From Chthoniobacterales bacterium (GTDB lineage: Bacteria > Verrucomicrobiota > Verrucomicrobiia > Chthoniobacterales > JACTMZ01), in contig VEQL01000001.1 of the NCBI GenBank assembly GCA_018883245.1, forward strand, positions 94,701-158,700: a stretch of 64,000 bases of DNA, in the 5' to 3' direction. The number at the start of each line of letters is the position of its first letter. Position 1 is the stretch's first letter. Under the pieces are notes generated by a model. That model did not search any database. It saw only the letters and a program-made list of their open reading frames with translations, and was not told the DNA's origin. This document shows, piece after piece, positions 1 through 8,527 of this stretch. The translations under genes and the position numbers were made by a program.

Positions 1-548
1 GGCGGAGCGTCCGATGCACCTGTGCCGGGCGAGGCTTTGGGTGAAGGACTCGGCGAAGATTTTGGCGAGGCACCGGGCGAAGCCTTCGGTGAAGGTTTGG
101 GCGAGGGCTTCGGACTGGCTTTGGGCGTGGCCTTAGGAGTCGGCTTTGGAGAGGGTTTCGGCGACGGCTTGGGGCTTGGTTTCGGGGTTGGCTTCGGACT
201 CGGCTTCGGCGTCGCTTTGGGTGTCGGGGTAGGCGTCGGTGTAGGTGTAGGGGTCGGCGTGGGTGTGGGCGTTGGAAGCGTGATATCGCTCTTTCCGGGA
301 GGAGCCGTGAGTTCCGGAGTCGCCGACGGCGCCGGTTTTGCTTCTTCCTTTGTTTCTTCCGCTTCCTCTTCGTCCGCCTCGGGCAGGAAATCCGGCGCGG
401 AAAATTGGGCCGGATTGAACCAGCTTATTTCCGCCTTGCCCTGCCGGACTTTGATCTCCCGCGTGCTCCACCAGACGAGGGTGCCGATGACGAGCGCATG
501 CAGCATCGCCACGGCGAACACCGTGCGCCGGAAGCGGGGGTCGCCCAT
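1..548 (-). CDS. TonB-like energy transducer, N-terminal part (3' end runs off the window start)
   Basis: Absent from the ORF track because there is no stop in the window. Hand translation of the minus strand from ATG at 548 gives [34 protein letters not shown] (N-terminal TM anchor). This is followed by an acidic stretch and a long Pro-rich spacer ([12 protein letters not shown]..., KPSPKP...). It starts 4 nt after the exbD stop on the same strand, giving exbB-exbD-tonB order. Confidence 0.6.
   Translation of the reverse strand, partial: MGDPRFRRTVFAVAMLHALVIGTLVWWSTREIKVRQGKAEISWFNPAQFSAPDFLPEADEEEAEETKEEAKPAPSATPELTAPPGKSDITLPTPTPTPTPTPTPTPTPTPKATPKPSPKPTPKPSPKPSPKPSPKPTPKATPKASPKPSPKPSPKASPGASPKSSPSPSPKASPGTGASDAP
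22..275 (-). repeat. Low-complexity tandem coding repeat, (Thr-Pro)n and (Lys/Ala-Pro-Ser/Thr-Pro)n spacer of the TonB-like gene
   Basis: Plus strand reads ggcttcgg/ggtgtaggtgtagg-type short periodic units. Minus-strand translation verified codon by codon for 240-299 ([18 protein letters not shown]). The complementary frame produces the artefactual Gly/Val-rich ORF 22..1089. Confidence 0.7.
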
Positions 549-552
549 GGCG

Positions 553-969
553 TCAGTCTTCCGAGGGGCGTGTCATAACCCCCACCTTCATGATGCCGGC
601 GCGCGAAATGACATCCATTACGCCGATGAACTTCTGCACGGGCAAATCCTTGTGCGCGCGCACCACCACGGCGACCTGCGGATCTTTGGCGCGCAAGGCG
701 ATGAGTTGCTGCTCGAGAGCGGTGGGCGTGACCGCATTCATGTTCAGCTTGAGCACATCGTTCCTGTCGATCGATACGGTCTGCACCTTCTGGGTATCGA
801 CCGGCTTGTCCGCCTCGCCGCTCGTCGGCACCACGAGATCCATGCTGTTCTCCAGCAGCGGCGTGGTGATCATGAAGATGATCAGCAGCACGAAGGCGAG
901 GTCGAGCAGGGGCGTGATATTGATCTCCGACAAGGTGGAGAGCGCCTGCTTGTCCGAATAGCGACGCAT
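553..969 (-). CDS. exbD: Biopolymer transport protein ExbD/TolR
   Basis: 138 aa starting at the internal Met: [39 protein letters not shown], with one TM then a periplasmic domain. CAT at 967-969. Lies 5 nt downstream of exbB. Confidence 0.85.
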   Translation of the reverse strand: MRRYSDKQALSTLSEINITPLLDLAFVLLIIFMITTPLLENSMDLVVPTSGEADKPVDTQKVQTVSIDRNDVLKLNMNAVTPTALEQQLIALRAKDPQVAVVVRAHKDLPVQKFIGVMDVISRAGIMKVGVMTRPSED

Positions 970-974
970 GTCCC

Positions 975-1724
975 TCAGCCCCCGCGGTTGAAGTTGACGA
1001 AGCGGTGCTCGAACTCGGAGGAAAGCTCGGCCGCGAAATTGTCGGTCTGCACGATGAGGGCGCGCAGGCTGGTGATGAGGAAGTTGTAACCGAACATGGC
1101 CGGAATCGCCACGAGCAGTCCGATCACCGTTGTGACGAGGGCTCCGGCCACGCCGGGCGCCATCGCCGCGAGGTTCGGCGTTCCGGCGACGGCGATGCCG
1201 GCAAAGGCGTCCATCACGCCCCACACCGTTCCGAGCAAGCCGAGGAAGGGCGATCCGCTCACCGCCGTGGCGAGAATGATCATCTGTGATTCCATCCGCA
1301 GACCGGCTTCGCCCACCGCGCGTTCCATCGCCACGCTCACCGCGCGCATCTGCGCCGGCGTGATTTTGTCCGCCACCTCGACGCGTGCCGCGAATGTGTC
1401 ATCGACCTCGGGCGAACCGAGCATCTGCAGGGCCAGTTCCGCACAGCCCGCACGGTAAACCTCGAAGGCCGGCGAACCTTCGAAAGAAATGCCCGTCTCG
1501 TAAAGACGCAGCGGCTGGCGGTCCTTGCGGAAGACGGAGAAAAATCTCTGGGTTTGCTTGCGGGCAAACCGGATCATGCGGAATTTCGTGATGATGACCG
1601 ACCAGCTGAAAATCGAAGCGAGGAAAAGCGCGACAACGACCGCGTGGCCCGCGACCGTGGACTCCTGGAAGGCGAAAAACAGTCCGTCTGCGGCGACGAA
1701 TTTCGGAACGAAGAGAAAGTCCAT
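975..1724 (-). CDS. exbB: MotA/TolQ/ExbB proton-channel protein
   Basis: C-terminal half ...LATAVSGSPFLGLLGTVWGVMDAFAGIA...GVAGALVTTVIGLLVAIPAMFGYNFL is the typical TolQ/ExbB signature. Start taken at MDFLFVPKF (1724); the upstream part of ORF 975..1766 is probably not coding. Confidence 0.85.
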   Translation of the reverse strand: MDFLFVPKFVAADGLFFAFQESTVAGHAVVVALFLASIFSWSVIITKFRMIRFARKQTQRFFSVFRKDRQPLRLYETGISFEGSPAFEVYRAGCAELALQMLGSPEVDDTFAARVEVADKITPAQMRAVSVAMERAVGEAGLRMESQMIILATAVSGSPFLGLLGTVWGVMDAFAGIAVAGTPNLAAMAPGVAGALVTTVIGLLVAIPAMFGYNFLITSLRALIVQTDNFAAELSSEFEHRFVNFNRGG

Positions 1725-2535
1725 GCGCTTCGCACCGCAGTGTAGAACGGCACGCGCCGCGTGCAAGATTCTCGCGGGGGTTCTTTTGGCGGGACCATGT
1801 CACGGGGCCCCGGCCGCGGAAGGCACCGCTTACGATGTTTTCGCCAAAGCGATCGCCCCGATTTCCGCAGCCGTTTTCGGCGACAACGGGAAGCCGTCCG
1901 GCGCAATGGTTGCGGAATGCCTAGTGACCGACGCCACCGGTCCGCTGGTTCCGGCCAAGGGCGCGCGCTTCCGTCTCGCGGTGCAGGCACCCGACCGCCT
2001 CAGGGTCGATGTTGCAGCCAACGGAGCCGTCCTCACCGCCTGTCGCAACGGCACGGAACTTTGGGCCGTTCCCGCGGAGACGATGGGTGCGCTGGCTGCC
2101 TCGGCAGGACTTGATGGCGGACGGAAAAGCGAAGCAAACCCCGTTTCGCCGCCGCTCGTGCCGCTGGCTCTCGACACCAAAATGCTCGCTTTCCTTCCGC
2201 TCGTTTTCGACGTGAAAGATCTCGGCATCGAAGAAGGCTCCTCGCTGCGCATGTTGCAATTTGCGCTTTTGCCGGACGTGCGCAATGCCATCAGGGCTCC
2301 CGATTTCACCGCGCGCGCATGGATTGCGCCCGATTACCGTCCGGTGCGTGTGGCCATCGAAAGCACGGGCTACGCGATCGATCTGCAGGTGGAAAAAATC
2401 AATTTCGCCGAATGGCTCCCCGAGGCCGCATGGCAACCGGACGAAGGATCGCAACCGCTCGAGCTGCCGGCCGCGGCATTGAATGCACTCTTCGAGAAAA
2501 TGCTCGAATCAGGCTCCGCCAGCACGCGGGAATAA
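1723..2535 (+). CDS. Hypothetical exported protein (possibly LolA-like fold)
   Basis: Sits inside ORF 1525..2535. Start at MRFAPQ (ATG 1723) gives the signal-like ILAGVLLAGPCHGAPAAEG. The stretch ARFRLAVQAPDRLRVDVAANGAVLTACRNGTELWAVP resembles LolA-like lipoprotein-carrier proteins. The start is uncertain because it abuts the divergent exbB start. Confidence 0.45.
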   Translation: MRFAPQCRTARAACKILAGVLLAGPCHGAPAAEGTAYDVFAKAIAPISAAVFGDNGKPSGAMVAECLVTDATGPLVPAKGARFRLAVQAPDRLRVDVAANGAVLTACRNGTELWAVPAETMGALAASAGLDGGRKSEANPVSPPLVPLALDTKMLAFLPLVFDVKDLGIEEGSSLRMLQFALLPDVRNAIRAPDFTARAWIAPDYRPVRVAIESTGYAIDLQVEKINFAEWLPEAAWQPDEGSQPLELPAAALNALFEKMLESGSASTRE

Positions 2536-2542
2536 GCGCAGC

Positions 2543-2983
2543 TCAATCCCCAGCCAAAGCATCCGGCAACTCGTTGCGGTCGCCGTGGCCACGCGGAAAA
2601 TGCTCCGCGAGCAGATCGGCGGCACGCCGGATGCCTGCGACAAGACCTTCGGTGAACCGCCCCGCCGCAAAGTCCGCCTCCATGGCTTTGGCGGTTTCAT
2701 CCCAGAACGACTGCCCGCATTTCGCATGAACCGCGTCGTCGCCGATGACAGCGAATGCGCGGTCGGACGGCACCAGATAAATCAGCACCGCGTTACGCTC
2801 CCGCGTGCAATCCATGTCCAGCCTGCGGAATTCACGCAGCGCACATTGTTTGGCTTCGCGCCACCGCAAACGCCGGCGCGAGACAAACACACGCACCTCG
2901 CCGGAGGTCCGCTGCTCGGCGCGCCTCACCGCCTCGAGCACGGCGTCCTCGTCGATCGTGGAAAGAAATTCGCGCGCGTTCAT
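2543..2983 (-). CDS. TPM-domain protein (TLP18.3/Psb32/MOLO-1 family), cytoplasmic-type
   Basis: Starts at the internal Met MNAREFLSTIDEDAVLEAVRRAEQRTSGEVRVFVS...AVLIYLVPSDRAFAVIGDDAVH. It is the third gene of a LemA-TPM-TPM operon. Confidence 0.7.
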   Translation of the reverse strand: MNAREFLSTIDEDAVLEAVRRAEQRTSGEVRVFVSRRRLRWREAKQCALREFRRLDMDCTRERNAVLIYLVPSDRAFAVIGDDAVHAKCGQSFWDETAKAMEADFAAGRFTEGLVAGIRRAADLLAEHFPRGHGDRNELPDALAGD

Positions 2984-2984
2984 T

Positions 2985-3749
2985 TCACCACCTCCCGCTG
3001 GCTCCCCCGCCGCCGAAACCGCCGCCTCCTCCGATCGATCCTCCCCCGAACCCACCTCCACCGCCGAAGCCGCCACCACCGAAATTTCCCGGGAAAAAGA
3101 CGTCACGACGTCCACGCGGCGAATAAACCGTCCCGCCGTGACTGTGGCTGCGACGCACGACGATGATAAGGATGATGATCAGAATGATCCAAAAAACCAG
3201 CGACGCTGCGGGGTCCGCCTCAGTTTGCTGCTCCTCGGCTGCGGTGCGCCCGCTGCCCCGGTATTCGCCTCGCGCTGCCGCCATGAGCGCGCCCGCACCG
3301 CGCAAAATCCCGCCGGCCATGTCGCCCGCGCGGAAGGACGGAACCATTTCGGCGTTGATGATCCCGTTGGCGAGGGCATCGGGCACGGCACCTTCGAGCC
3401 CGTAGCCCACCTCGACACGCATCTGGCGCGACTGGGGAAAAACAAAAAGCACGATCCCGTTGTCCCGGCCCTTGCGCCCGACACCCCACGCCTCGGCTGT
3501 GCGCTGGGTGAAATCCTCCATCGCAAAGTCCTCCGGGACCTCCGGCAGGACGCAGACCCAAAGCTGGTTCGATGTTTCGCGCTCGAACTGCGCCAACTCG
3601 GCCGCCAGCGCCGCTTTTTGCGAGGGGCTGAACACCCCCGCGCGGTCGAGCACGTAGTCCGCGGGCGGCGGCGGAAGCGGCGTCTGGCGCGCCGGCGCAG
3701 ACAGCACCGCGGCGACCAGGAACAACGCGCTGAGAACGCGAGCGCGCAC
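2985..3749 (-). CDS. TPM-domain protein, YgcG-like (signal peptide, TM, Gly-rich tail)
   Basis: Signal MRARVLSALFLVAAVLSAPA. TPM core YVLDRAGVFSP...NQLWVCVLPEVP...GIVLFVFPQSRQMRVEVGYGLEG. TM segment LVFWIILIIILIIVV. Tail GNFGGGGFGGGGGFGGGSIGGGGGFGGGG. Confidence 0.8.
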   Translation of the reverse strand: MRARVLSALFLVAAVLSAPARQTPLPPPPADYVLDRAGVFSPSQKAALAAELAQFERETSNQLWVCVLPEVPEDFAMEDFTQRTAEAWGVGRKGRDNGIVLFVFPQSRQMRVEVGYGLEGAVPDALANGIINAEMVPSFRAGDMAGGILRGAGALMAAARGEYRGSGRTAAEEQQTEADPAASLVFWIILIIILIIVVRRSHSHGGTVYSPRGRRDVFFPGNFGGGGFGGGGGFGGGSIGGGGGFGGGGASGRW

Positions 3750-3762
3750 GACTTTGCGCAGG

Positions 3763-4374
3763 TCAGGACCCCGGCGGTCCGCCGAAGTTGAAATTCACAT
3801 CGGGCGCTTGGTCTGCCCCGGCGCGCGCGGCGAAATACGGACGCTCTTTGAACCCGAGGAAACCGGCGTAAACGATCGTCGGAAACTGTTTGATGGCCGT
3901 GTTGTATTGCTGCACCGACTCGTTGAACTTTCGGCGTTCGACCGCGATGCGGTTCTCCGTGCCCTCGAGCTGCACCTGAAGATTCTGGAAATTCGCGTTG
4001 GCCTTCAGTTCGGGGTAGCGCTCGACCGTGACGAGCAGACGGGAGAGCGCGCCGGAAAGCGCATCCTGCGTCTGCTGGAAAGCGGCCATGGCCTCGGGCG
4101 TGGCCGGCGGGCTGTTCGGATCGATTTTGACATTCGTCACCTGCTGCCTCGCCTGAATAACATCGGTAAGCGTCGATTTTTCAAAGTTTGCCGCGCCTTC
4201 GACCGTTTTGACGAGATTCGGCACGAGGTCCGCGCGCCGCTGATAGACGTTTTCCACGTCGGCCCAGCTGCTGTCGGTCTGCTGGCGCAAGCCGACGAGG
4301 CGATTGTATCCGCAGCCGGTGAGCAGGATCGGCACGAAGGCCAAAACCAAAGTGAGAAGCCGGAGGTTTTTCAT
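3763..4374 (-). CDS. lemA: LemA family protein
   Basis: MKNLRLLTLVLAFVPILLTGCGYNRLV...WADVENVYQRRADLVPNLV...YPELKANANFQNLQVQLEGTENRIAVERRKFNESVQQYN is the canonical LemA pattern, with a lipobox-like LTGC. Confidence 0.85.
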   Translation of the reverse strand: MKNLRLLTLVLAFVPILLTGCGYNRLVGLRQQTDSSWADVENVYQRRADLVPNLVKTVEGAANFEKSTLTDVIQARQQVTNVKIDPNSPPATPEAMAAFQQTQDALSGALSRLLVTVERYPELKANANFQNLQVQLEGTENRIAVERRKFNESVQQYNTAIKQFPTIVYAGFLGFKERPYFAARAGADQAPDVNFNFGGPPGS

Positions 4375-4446
4375 AGCTTCGCCCTGTATGGCGGGTGTGC
4401 CTGCCTGCGGCGAGGAGAAATTGCGCGGGACCGCGCCGGGTGCGAA

Positions 4447-5307
4447 TTACCTCGGCGAGGCTGCGGGCGACGGTGACGCCGCGGGAGAGCGCGCAGGCGC
4501 GGCGGATTGGCCGGCGGCCGCACCGGGAGCGTTGAACTGGATGTGATCGCGGAAAAACTCGTCCTCGAGCATCGTGCGCATGTCCTGCGCACTCGAACGC
4601 TGATTGGCCATCTCGAGTTTCTGCCGGGCGGCATCGGGCTTGCCGTCGCGGAAATCGATCGCGGCACCGACCACGTAAATTCCAGCGGTGCCGTTGCCGG
4701 CGGCGATGGCTTCGGCGATTTCTTTGCGGCGCTGCGCGGGAAGGTCGCCGGCCACATCGGCCATGGCGCGCTTGTATTGGAAGAAGCCATCACCGGGATT
4801 TTGCGCCAGATATTGGTCGATGAGCTTGGCGGCATCGGCCGGACGTTTTTGCAACCGCCGCAGCTCGGAAAGATTTTGCACCAGATCTCGCTGGTTCGGC
4901 GCGAGCTGAAGCGCTGCAGTCAAAGTCTGGTCGGCACCATCGTAGTCCTTGGTCAGGATCTGCGCCGCACCCAAAAGCGCGGACATCCCCGTGTCCCCGG
5001 GATTCGCTTTGAGTTGTTCGCGCGCAGCGGTGATAGCTTCGAAATTCTGGCCGGCCATCATGCGGGCGATGGCGCGACGGCGCCAGAGGTTCGGGGTGGA
5101 CGGCTTGAGTTCGTAAACTTCAGCAAGCATGGTCTCGGCGTCCGCGCCCGCATTGGCACTAAGGGCCGCGTTGGCGCGATCGCTCAGGACCATGGCGCGA
5201 AGTTCGCGGGCAGCACTGCGCTGCCCGAAGTAAAGCAGCAACAGAATCAACACGCCGACGACTGATGCGATGGAAAGTATAAGGGCGAGCGGGGAAGAAG
5301 GTTTCAT
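4447..5307 (-). CDS. Membrane-anchored TPR-like repeat protein
   Basis: Starts at the internal Met MKPSSPLALILSIASVVGVLILLLLYF (CAT 5305-5307). This is followed by helical repeat sequence and an Ala/Pro/Ser tail. Confidence 0.55.
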   Translation of the reverse strand: MKPSSPLALILSIASVVGVLILLLLYFGQRSAARELRAMVLSDRANAALSANAGADAETMLAEVYELKPSTPNLWRRRAIARMMAGQNFEAITAAREQLKANPGDTGMSALLGAAQILTKDYDGADQTLTAALQLAPNQRDLVQNLSELRRLQKRPADAAKLIDQYLAQNPGDGFFQYKRAMADVAGDLPAQRRKEIAEAIAAGNGTAGIYVVGAAIDFRDGKPDAARQKLEMANQRSSAQDMRTMLEDEFFRDHIQFNAPGAAAGQSAAPARSPAASPSPAASPR

Positions 5308-5416
5308 TTCGTCAAAATTTATGAGTTTGGAGTGAAGTCGTATTTGAAAGCGAAAGCCCCGCCTTGGGGAAGCCGATTTTCCAAGTGTGGATCCGGGGGC
5401 GTCCTTTGTGCGATGA

Positions 5417-7051
5417 ATGGGGGTCATGGAGTCGAGACGCCCAACGGTGCCCGCATGGGCTTGGGGGCTGGCGGTGGCAATGGTCGCGCTGGCTCTTTTT
5501 CTTCCGGCAGTGCGATTCCCGTTTTTTCCTTTCTGGGACGACGACATCCACGTCCACGCCAACCCGCACGTGGCGCAGCTTTCATGGTCCGGGATCCGGG
5601 CGCTCTGGTCGGGGCCTTGGCAGCAGCTTTACATCCCGCTTACCTACTCCGTGTGGGCGGCGATGGCGGCGGCATCAAGGTGGTGGGACGGGATTCCGAT
5701 TGTATCGGGTCCGATTAACGCTGCGTGGTTCCACGGGGCGAATGTTGCGGCACACTCCGTTTCGGCAGTGCTGGTCTTCGTCTTCCTGCGACGAACTGCC
5801 GTCCGCTTCTTCCCGCGCGCGACCGGTGGGCGCGCGGACCTCGCCGCGGCGGTCGGCGCGGCGATTTTCGCCCTGCACCCGCTCCAAGTGGAACCCGTGG
5901 CGTGGGTCTCGGGACTGCGCGACGTGCTGGGAGGATGCCTCGGACTCGCCTCGCTCGCGGTTCTTTTCGGCGCGGAACGTCTCACGCCCGCGCGCTGGGG
6001 CGTAGCAACACTGCTTTTCGTTGCCTCGCTGGCCGCCAAGCCGGCCGGGGTATCGCTGCCTTTGGTCGCCGGGATTCTCGCCGTCGCACCCTTCACGTGG
6101 CCTTGGCGCAAAATCGCCACGGCGCTTGGGCCCTGGCTTGCCATTGGCGCCGCGTGGGTTCTCATCACAAGCAGCGCGCAGTGGGCCGCCGAACTCGCCG
6201 CAGGACTTGTCCCCGTGTGGGTCAGGCCTTTGGTCGCGGCGGACGCGCTGACTTTCTATATCGGGAAAGCGTTGTGGCCCGCTGCCTTGGCGGCCGACTA
6301 TGGGCGCTCGCCCGACAGCATGATGGCATCCGGTTTGCTATGGTGGATCTGGATCGTGCCGTGCGCCGTGGTTGCCGCGCTCGCCGCATTCAAGCCCCTG
6401 CGCGTCTATCTGGTTCCCTTCGGGATTTTCGCCGCCGCGCTGCTCCCCACGCTGGGTCTCGTTCCTTTCAATTTCCAAGTCGTTAGCACAGTAGCCGATC
6501 GCTACGCCTATTTCGCGATGCTCGGACCGGCGCTCGCCGCATCGATGATCCTCGTTCAAACCAACCGCCGCTGGATCGATGCTGCTGTCGTCGCCTGCGC
6601 CGTGATGCTCGGCTTCCTCAGCGCGTGGAGACTCCCGCTGTGGTCGGAGGACCTGAAACTTTTTGCCGACACACTGGCGGTCAACCCGGAGAGCTGGAAA
6701 GCGATGCACAATTACGCGTCGGCGCTCGACGACCGCGGACGCACCGCGGAGGCGGAACCGTTGATGAGGCAAGTCATCGCGCGGAGACCGGACAGCGCCG
6801 AAGCGCACAACGATCTTGCGGTCATCGTGTGGAAACTCGGGCGGCGGCAGGAGGCTGTGGCGCTCATGCGCCGGTCGCTGGCGCTGCGCGCGACACCCGG
6901 CTCGGCGGCCAATCTCGCCCGGATGGAAGCGCAATGCGGCAACAAGCAGGGCGTGATCGAAGCCTTGGGCGTCCTCGTCAGACTGGAGCCCGGCAACCGC
7001 GAGGCAGCGGAGGAGCTTTCCGCGCTGATGCAGCCCGTCGAAACGCACTGA
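5417..7051 (+). CDS. GT-C-type polytopic membrane protein with C-terminal TPR repeats (TMTC/PMT-like putative glycosyltransferase)
   Basis: 544 aa with many TM segments. Acidic first-loop motif FPFWDDDIHVHANPHV. C-terminal TPRs (NPESWKAMHNYASALDDRGRTAEAEPLMRQVIARRPDSAEAHNDLAVIVWKLGRRQEA...). Confidence 0.65.
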   Translation: MGVMESRRPTVPAWAWGLAVAMVALALFLPAVRFPFFPFWDDDIHVHANPHVAQLSWSGIRALWSGPWQQLYIPLTYSVWAAMAAASRWWDGIPIVSGPINAAWFHGANVAAHSVSAVLVFVFLRRTAVRFFPRATGGRADLAAAVGAAIFALHPLQVEPVAWVSGLRDVLGGCLGLASLAVLFGAERLTPARWGVATLLFVASLAAKPAGVSLPLVAGILAVAPFTWPWRKIATALGPWLAIGAAWVLITSSAQWAAELAAGLVPVWVRPLVAADALTFYIGKALWPAALAADYGRSPDSMMASGLLWWIWIVPCAVVAALAAFKPLRVYLVPFGIFAAALLPTLGLVPFNFQVVSTVADRYAYFAMLGPALAASMILVQTNRRWIDAAVVACAVMLGFLSAWRLPLWSEDLKLFADTLAVNPESWKAMHNYASALDDRGRTAEAEPLMRQVIARRPDSAEAHNDLAVIVWKLGRRQEAVALMRRSLALRATPGSAANLARMEAQCGNKQGVIEALGVLVRLEPGNREAAEELSALMQPVETH

Positions 7052-7097
7052 CGGCCGGACTTTACTCGGCGGGGCGGGTGCCGTAGCAACGGATGCG

Positions 7098-7877
7098 ATG
7101 GCACTGATCGAACGGACGCTTTCCGGCAGCATCGGCGTGATGCAGTTCAACCGAGCGGACAAAAAGAACTGCCTCAACCGCGAAATGATGCAGGAGCTGA
7201 TGGATGCGCTCGACGGCTTGGTGTCCGACGGGGCCAATGTGCTCGTGCTTCGCGCGGCACCCGGCGCGAAGGTGTGGTCTGCGGGCCACGACATCAACGA
7301 ATTGCCCGAGCCGCGCCGCGACCCCCTCGCCTACTTCGACTCGCTCGAGACCTTGCTGCGCAAGATCCAGGACTGCCCGGTCCCGGTCATCGCCATGGTC
7401 GAGGGGTCCGTCTGGGGTGGCGCTTGCGACCTTTGTTTTTCCAGCGACATCGTCATCGCGGCCGAGGGAAGCACCTTCGCCATGACCCCCGCCAAGATCG
7501 GCATTCCCTACAACGCCTCCGGCCTGATCCACTTCACCAACATCATCGGAGTCAACAAAGCCAAGGAAATGTTCTTCACCGCCGAACCCGTGCCGGTTGG
7601 CGACGCGTGGAACAACGGCTTCGTCAACCACGTTGTGCCGCCCTACCAGCTCGAGGAATGCACGATGAAGATCGCCGGCGCCATCGCGGCCAACGCCCCG
7701 CTTGCCGTGCGGGCGCTCAAGGCGGAATTCCGCCTGCTCACACGCGGGCATCACATCGACGCCGAGACCGCCGAGCAGATCCAGGCGATCCGCCGTCGTG
7801 TTTATGACAGCGAGGACTACGCCGAGGGCATCCGCGCTTTCAAAGAAAAAAGGCCTCCGCGATTCAAGGGGCGATGA
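7098..7877 (+). CDS. scpB: Methylmalonyl-CoA decarboxylase-like enoyl-CoA hydratase/isomerase family protein
   Basis: Close recalled similarity to E. coli ScpB/YgfG: KVWSAGHDINELP..RDPLAY, MVEGSVWGGACD, TFAMTPAKIGIPYN, RRRVYDSEDYAEGIRAFKEKRPPRFKG. Confidence 0.8.
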   Translation: MALIERTLSGSIGVMQFNRADKKNCLNREMMQELMDALDGLVSDGANVLVLRAAPGAKVWSAGHDINELPEPRRDPLAYFDSLETLLRKIQDCPVPVIAMVEGSVWGGACDLCFSSDIVIAAEGSTFAMTPAKIGIPYNASGLIHFTNIIGVNKAKEMFFTAEPVPVGDAWNNGFVNHVVPPYQLEECTMKIAGAIAANAPLAVRALKAEFRLLTRGHHIDAETAEQIQAIRRRVYDSEDYAEGIRAFKEKRPPRFKGR

Positions 7878-8518
7878 CCGCACGGACGCTCCATGCGCAC
7901 GTGGCGGAGTTGCACGCCTGCCGCAAGTGCCCGCGCATGGCGTCGGCGCCGGTGTCGGGCGGACCCGTGCGCAGCAAAGTGATGCTCGTCGGCCAGGCAC
8001 CGGGAGTGAAGGAACCGCAGCTCGGGCGGCCGTTTGCCTGGACCGCGGGCAAAACGCTTTTCCGCTGGTTCGAGGATGCCTGCGGATTCGGCGAGGAATT
8101 TTTCCGGGGCAATATTTACATGGCTGCGGTGTGCCGCTGCTTTCCCGGCAAGCATCCGAAGGGAAGCGGCGACCGCGTTCCCGATGAAGAGGAAATCGCC
8201 AACTGCGCCCCGTGGCTGGATCGCGAAATCGCCCTGCTGCGTCCGGAACTCGTGATCCCGGTGGGGAAACTCGCCATCGCGCAATTCTTTCAGGCGGAGA
8301 AACTCGCCGGGGTGATCGGACGCAAAATCCGCGCGGAACGCGCCGGGTTTGAATTCGATCTCGTCGCCCTGCCCCATCCCTCGGGCGCATCGACCTGGCA
8401 CCGCACGGAACCCGGGAAGACTCTGCTGCGCCGCGCACTCCGGTTGCTATCCTCGCACCCTGCCATGCGGAGCTTGAGTCGGGGAGAAAGCGGTGTTCTC
8501 GGCACCGTTTCGCGCTAA
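7874..8518 (+). CDS. Uracil-DNA glycosylase superfamily protein (Fe-S type, family 4/5-like)
   Basis: CRKCPRM...VMLVGQAPGVKE...AAVCRCFPG...IANCAPW...LPHPSGAS. ATGA overlap with the scpB-like stop. Confidence 0.7.
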   Translation: MTARTLHAHVAELHACRKCPRMASAPVSGGPVRSKVMLVGQAPGVKEPQLGRPFAWTAGKTLFRWFEDACGFGEEFFRGNIYMAAVCRCFPGKHPKGSGDRVPDEEEIANCAPWLDREIALLRPELVIPVGKLAIAQFFQAEKLAGVIGRKIRAERAGFEFDLVALPHPSGASTWHRTEPGKTLLRRALRLLSSHPAMRSLSRGESGVLGTVSR

Positions 8519-8527
8519 AATCGATCC

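Noticed and set aside
22-1089. 355-aa plus-strand ORF with a striking Gly/Val/Phe/Leu-rich repeat (GEGLGEGFG..., GVGVGVGV...)
   Set aside because: It is the complementary-strand shadow of the Pro-rich spacer of the minus-strand TonB-like gene and of exbD. The minus-strand reading gives coherent ExbD and TonB features and correct operon order.
1723-1724. Apparent back-to-back overlapping divergent start codons of exbB (CAT 1722-1724) and the plus-strand exported protein (ATG 1723-1725)
   Set aside because: This is most likely a start-codon assignment artefact for one of the two genes rather than a real regulatory overlap. It cannot be resolved without homologue alignments.
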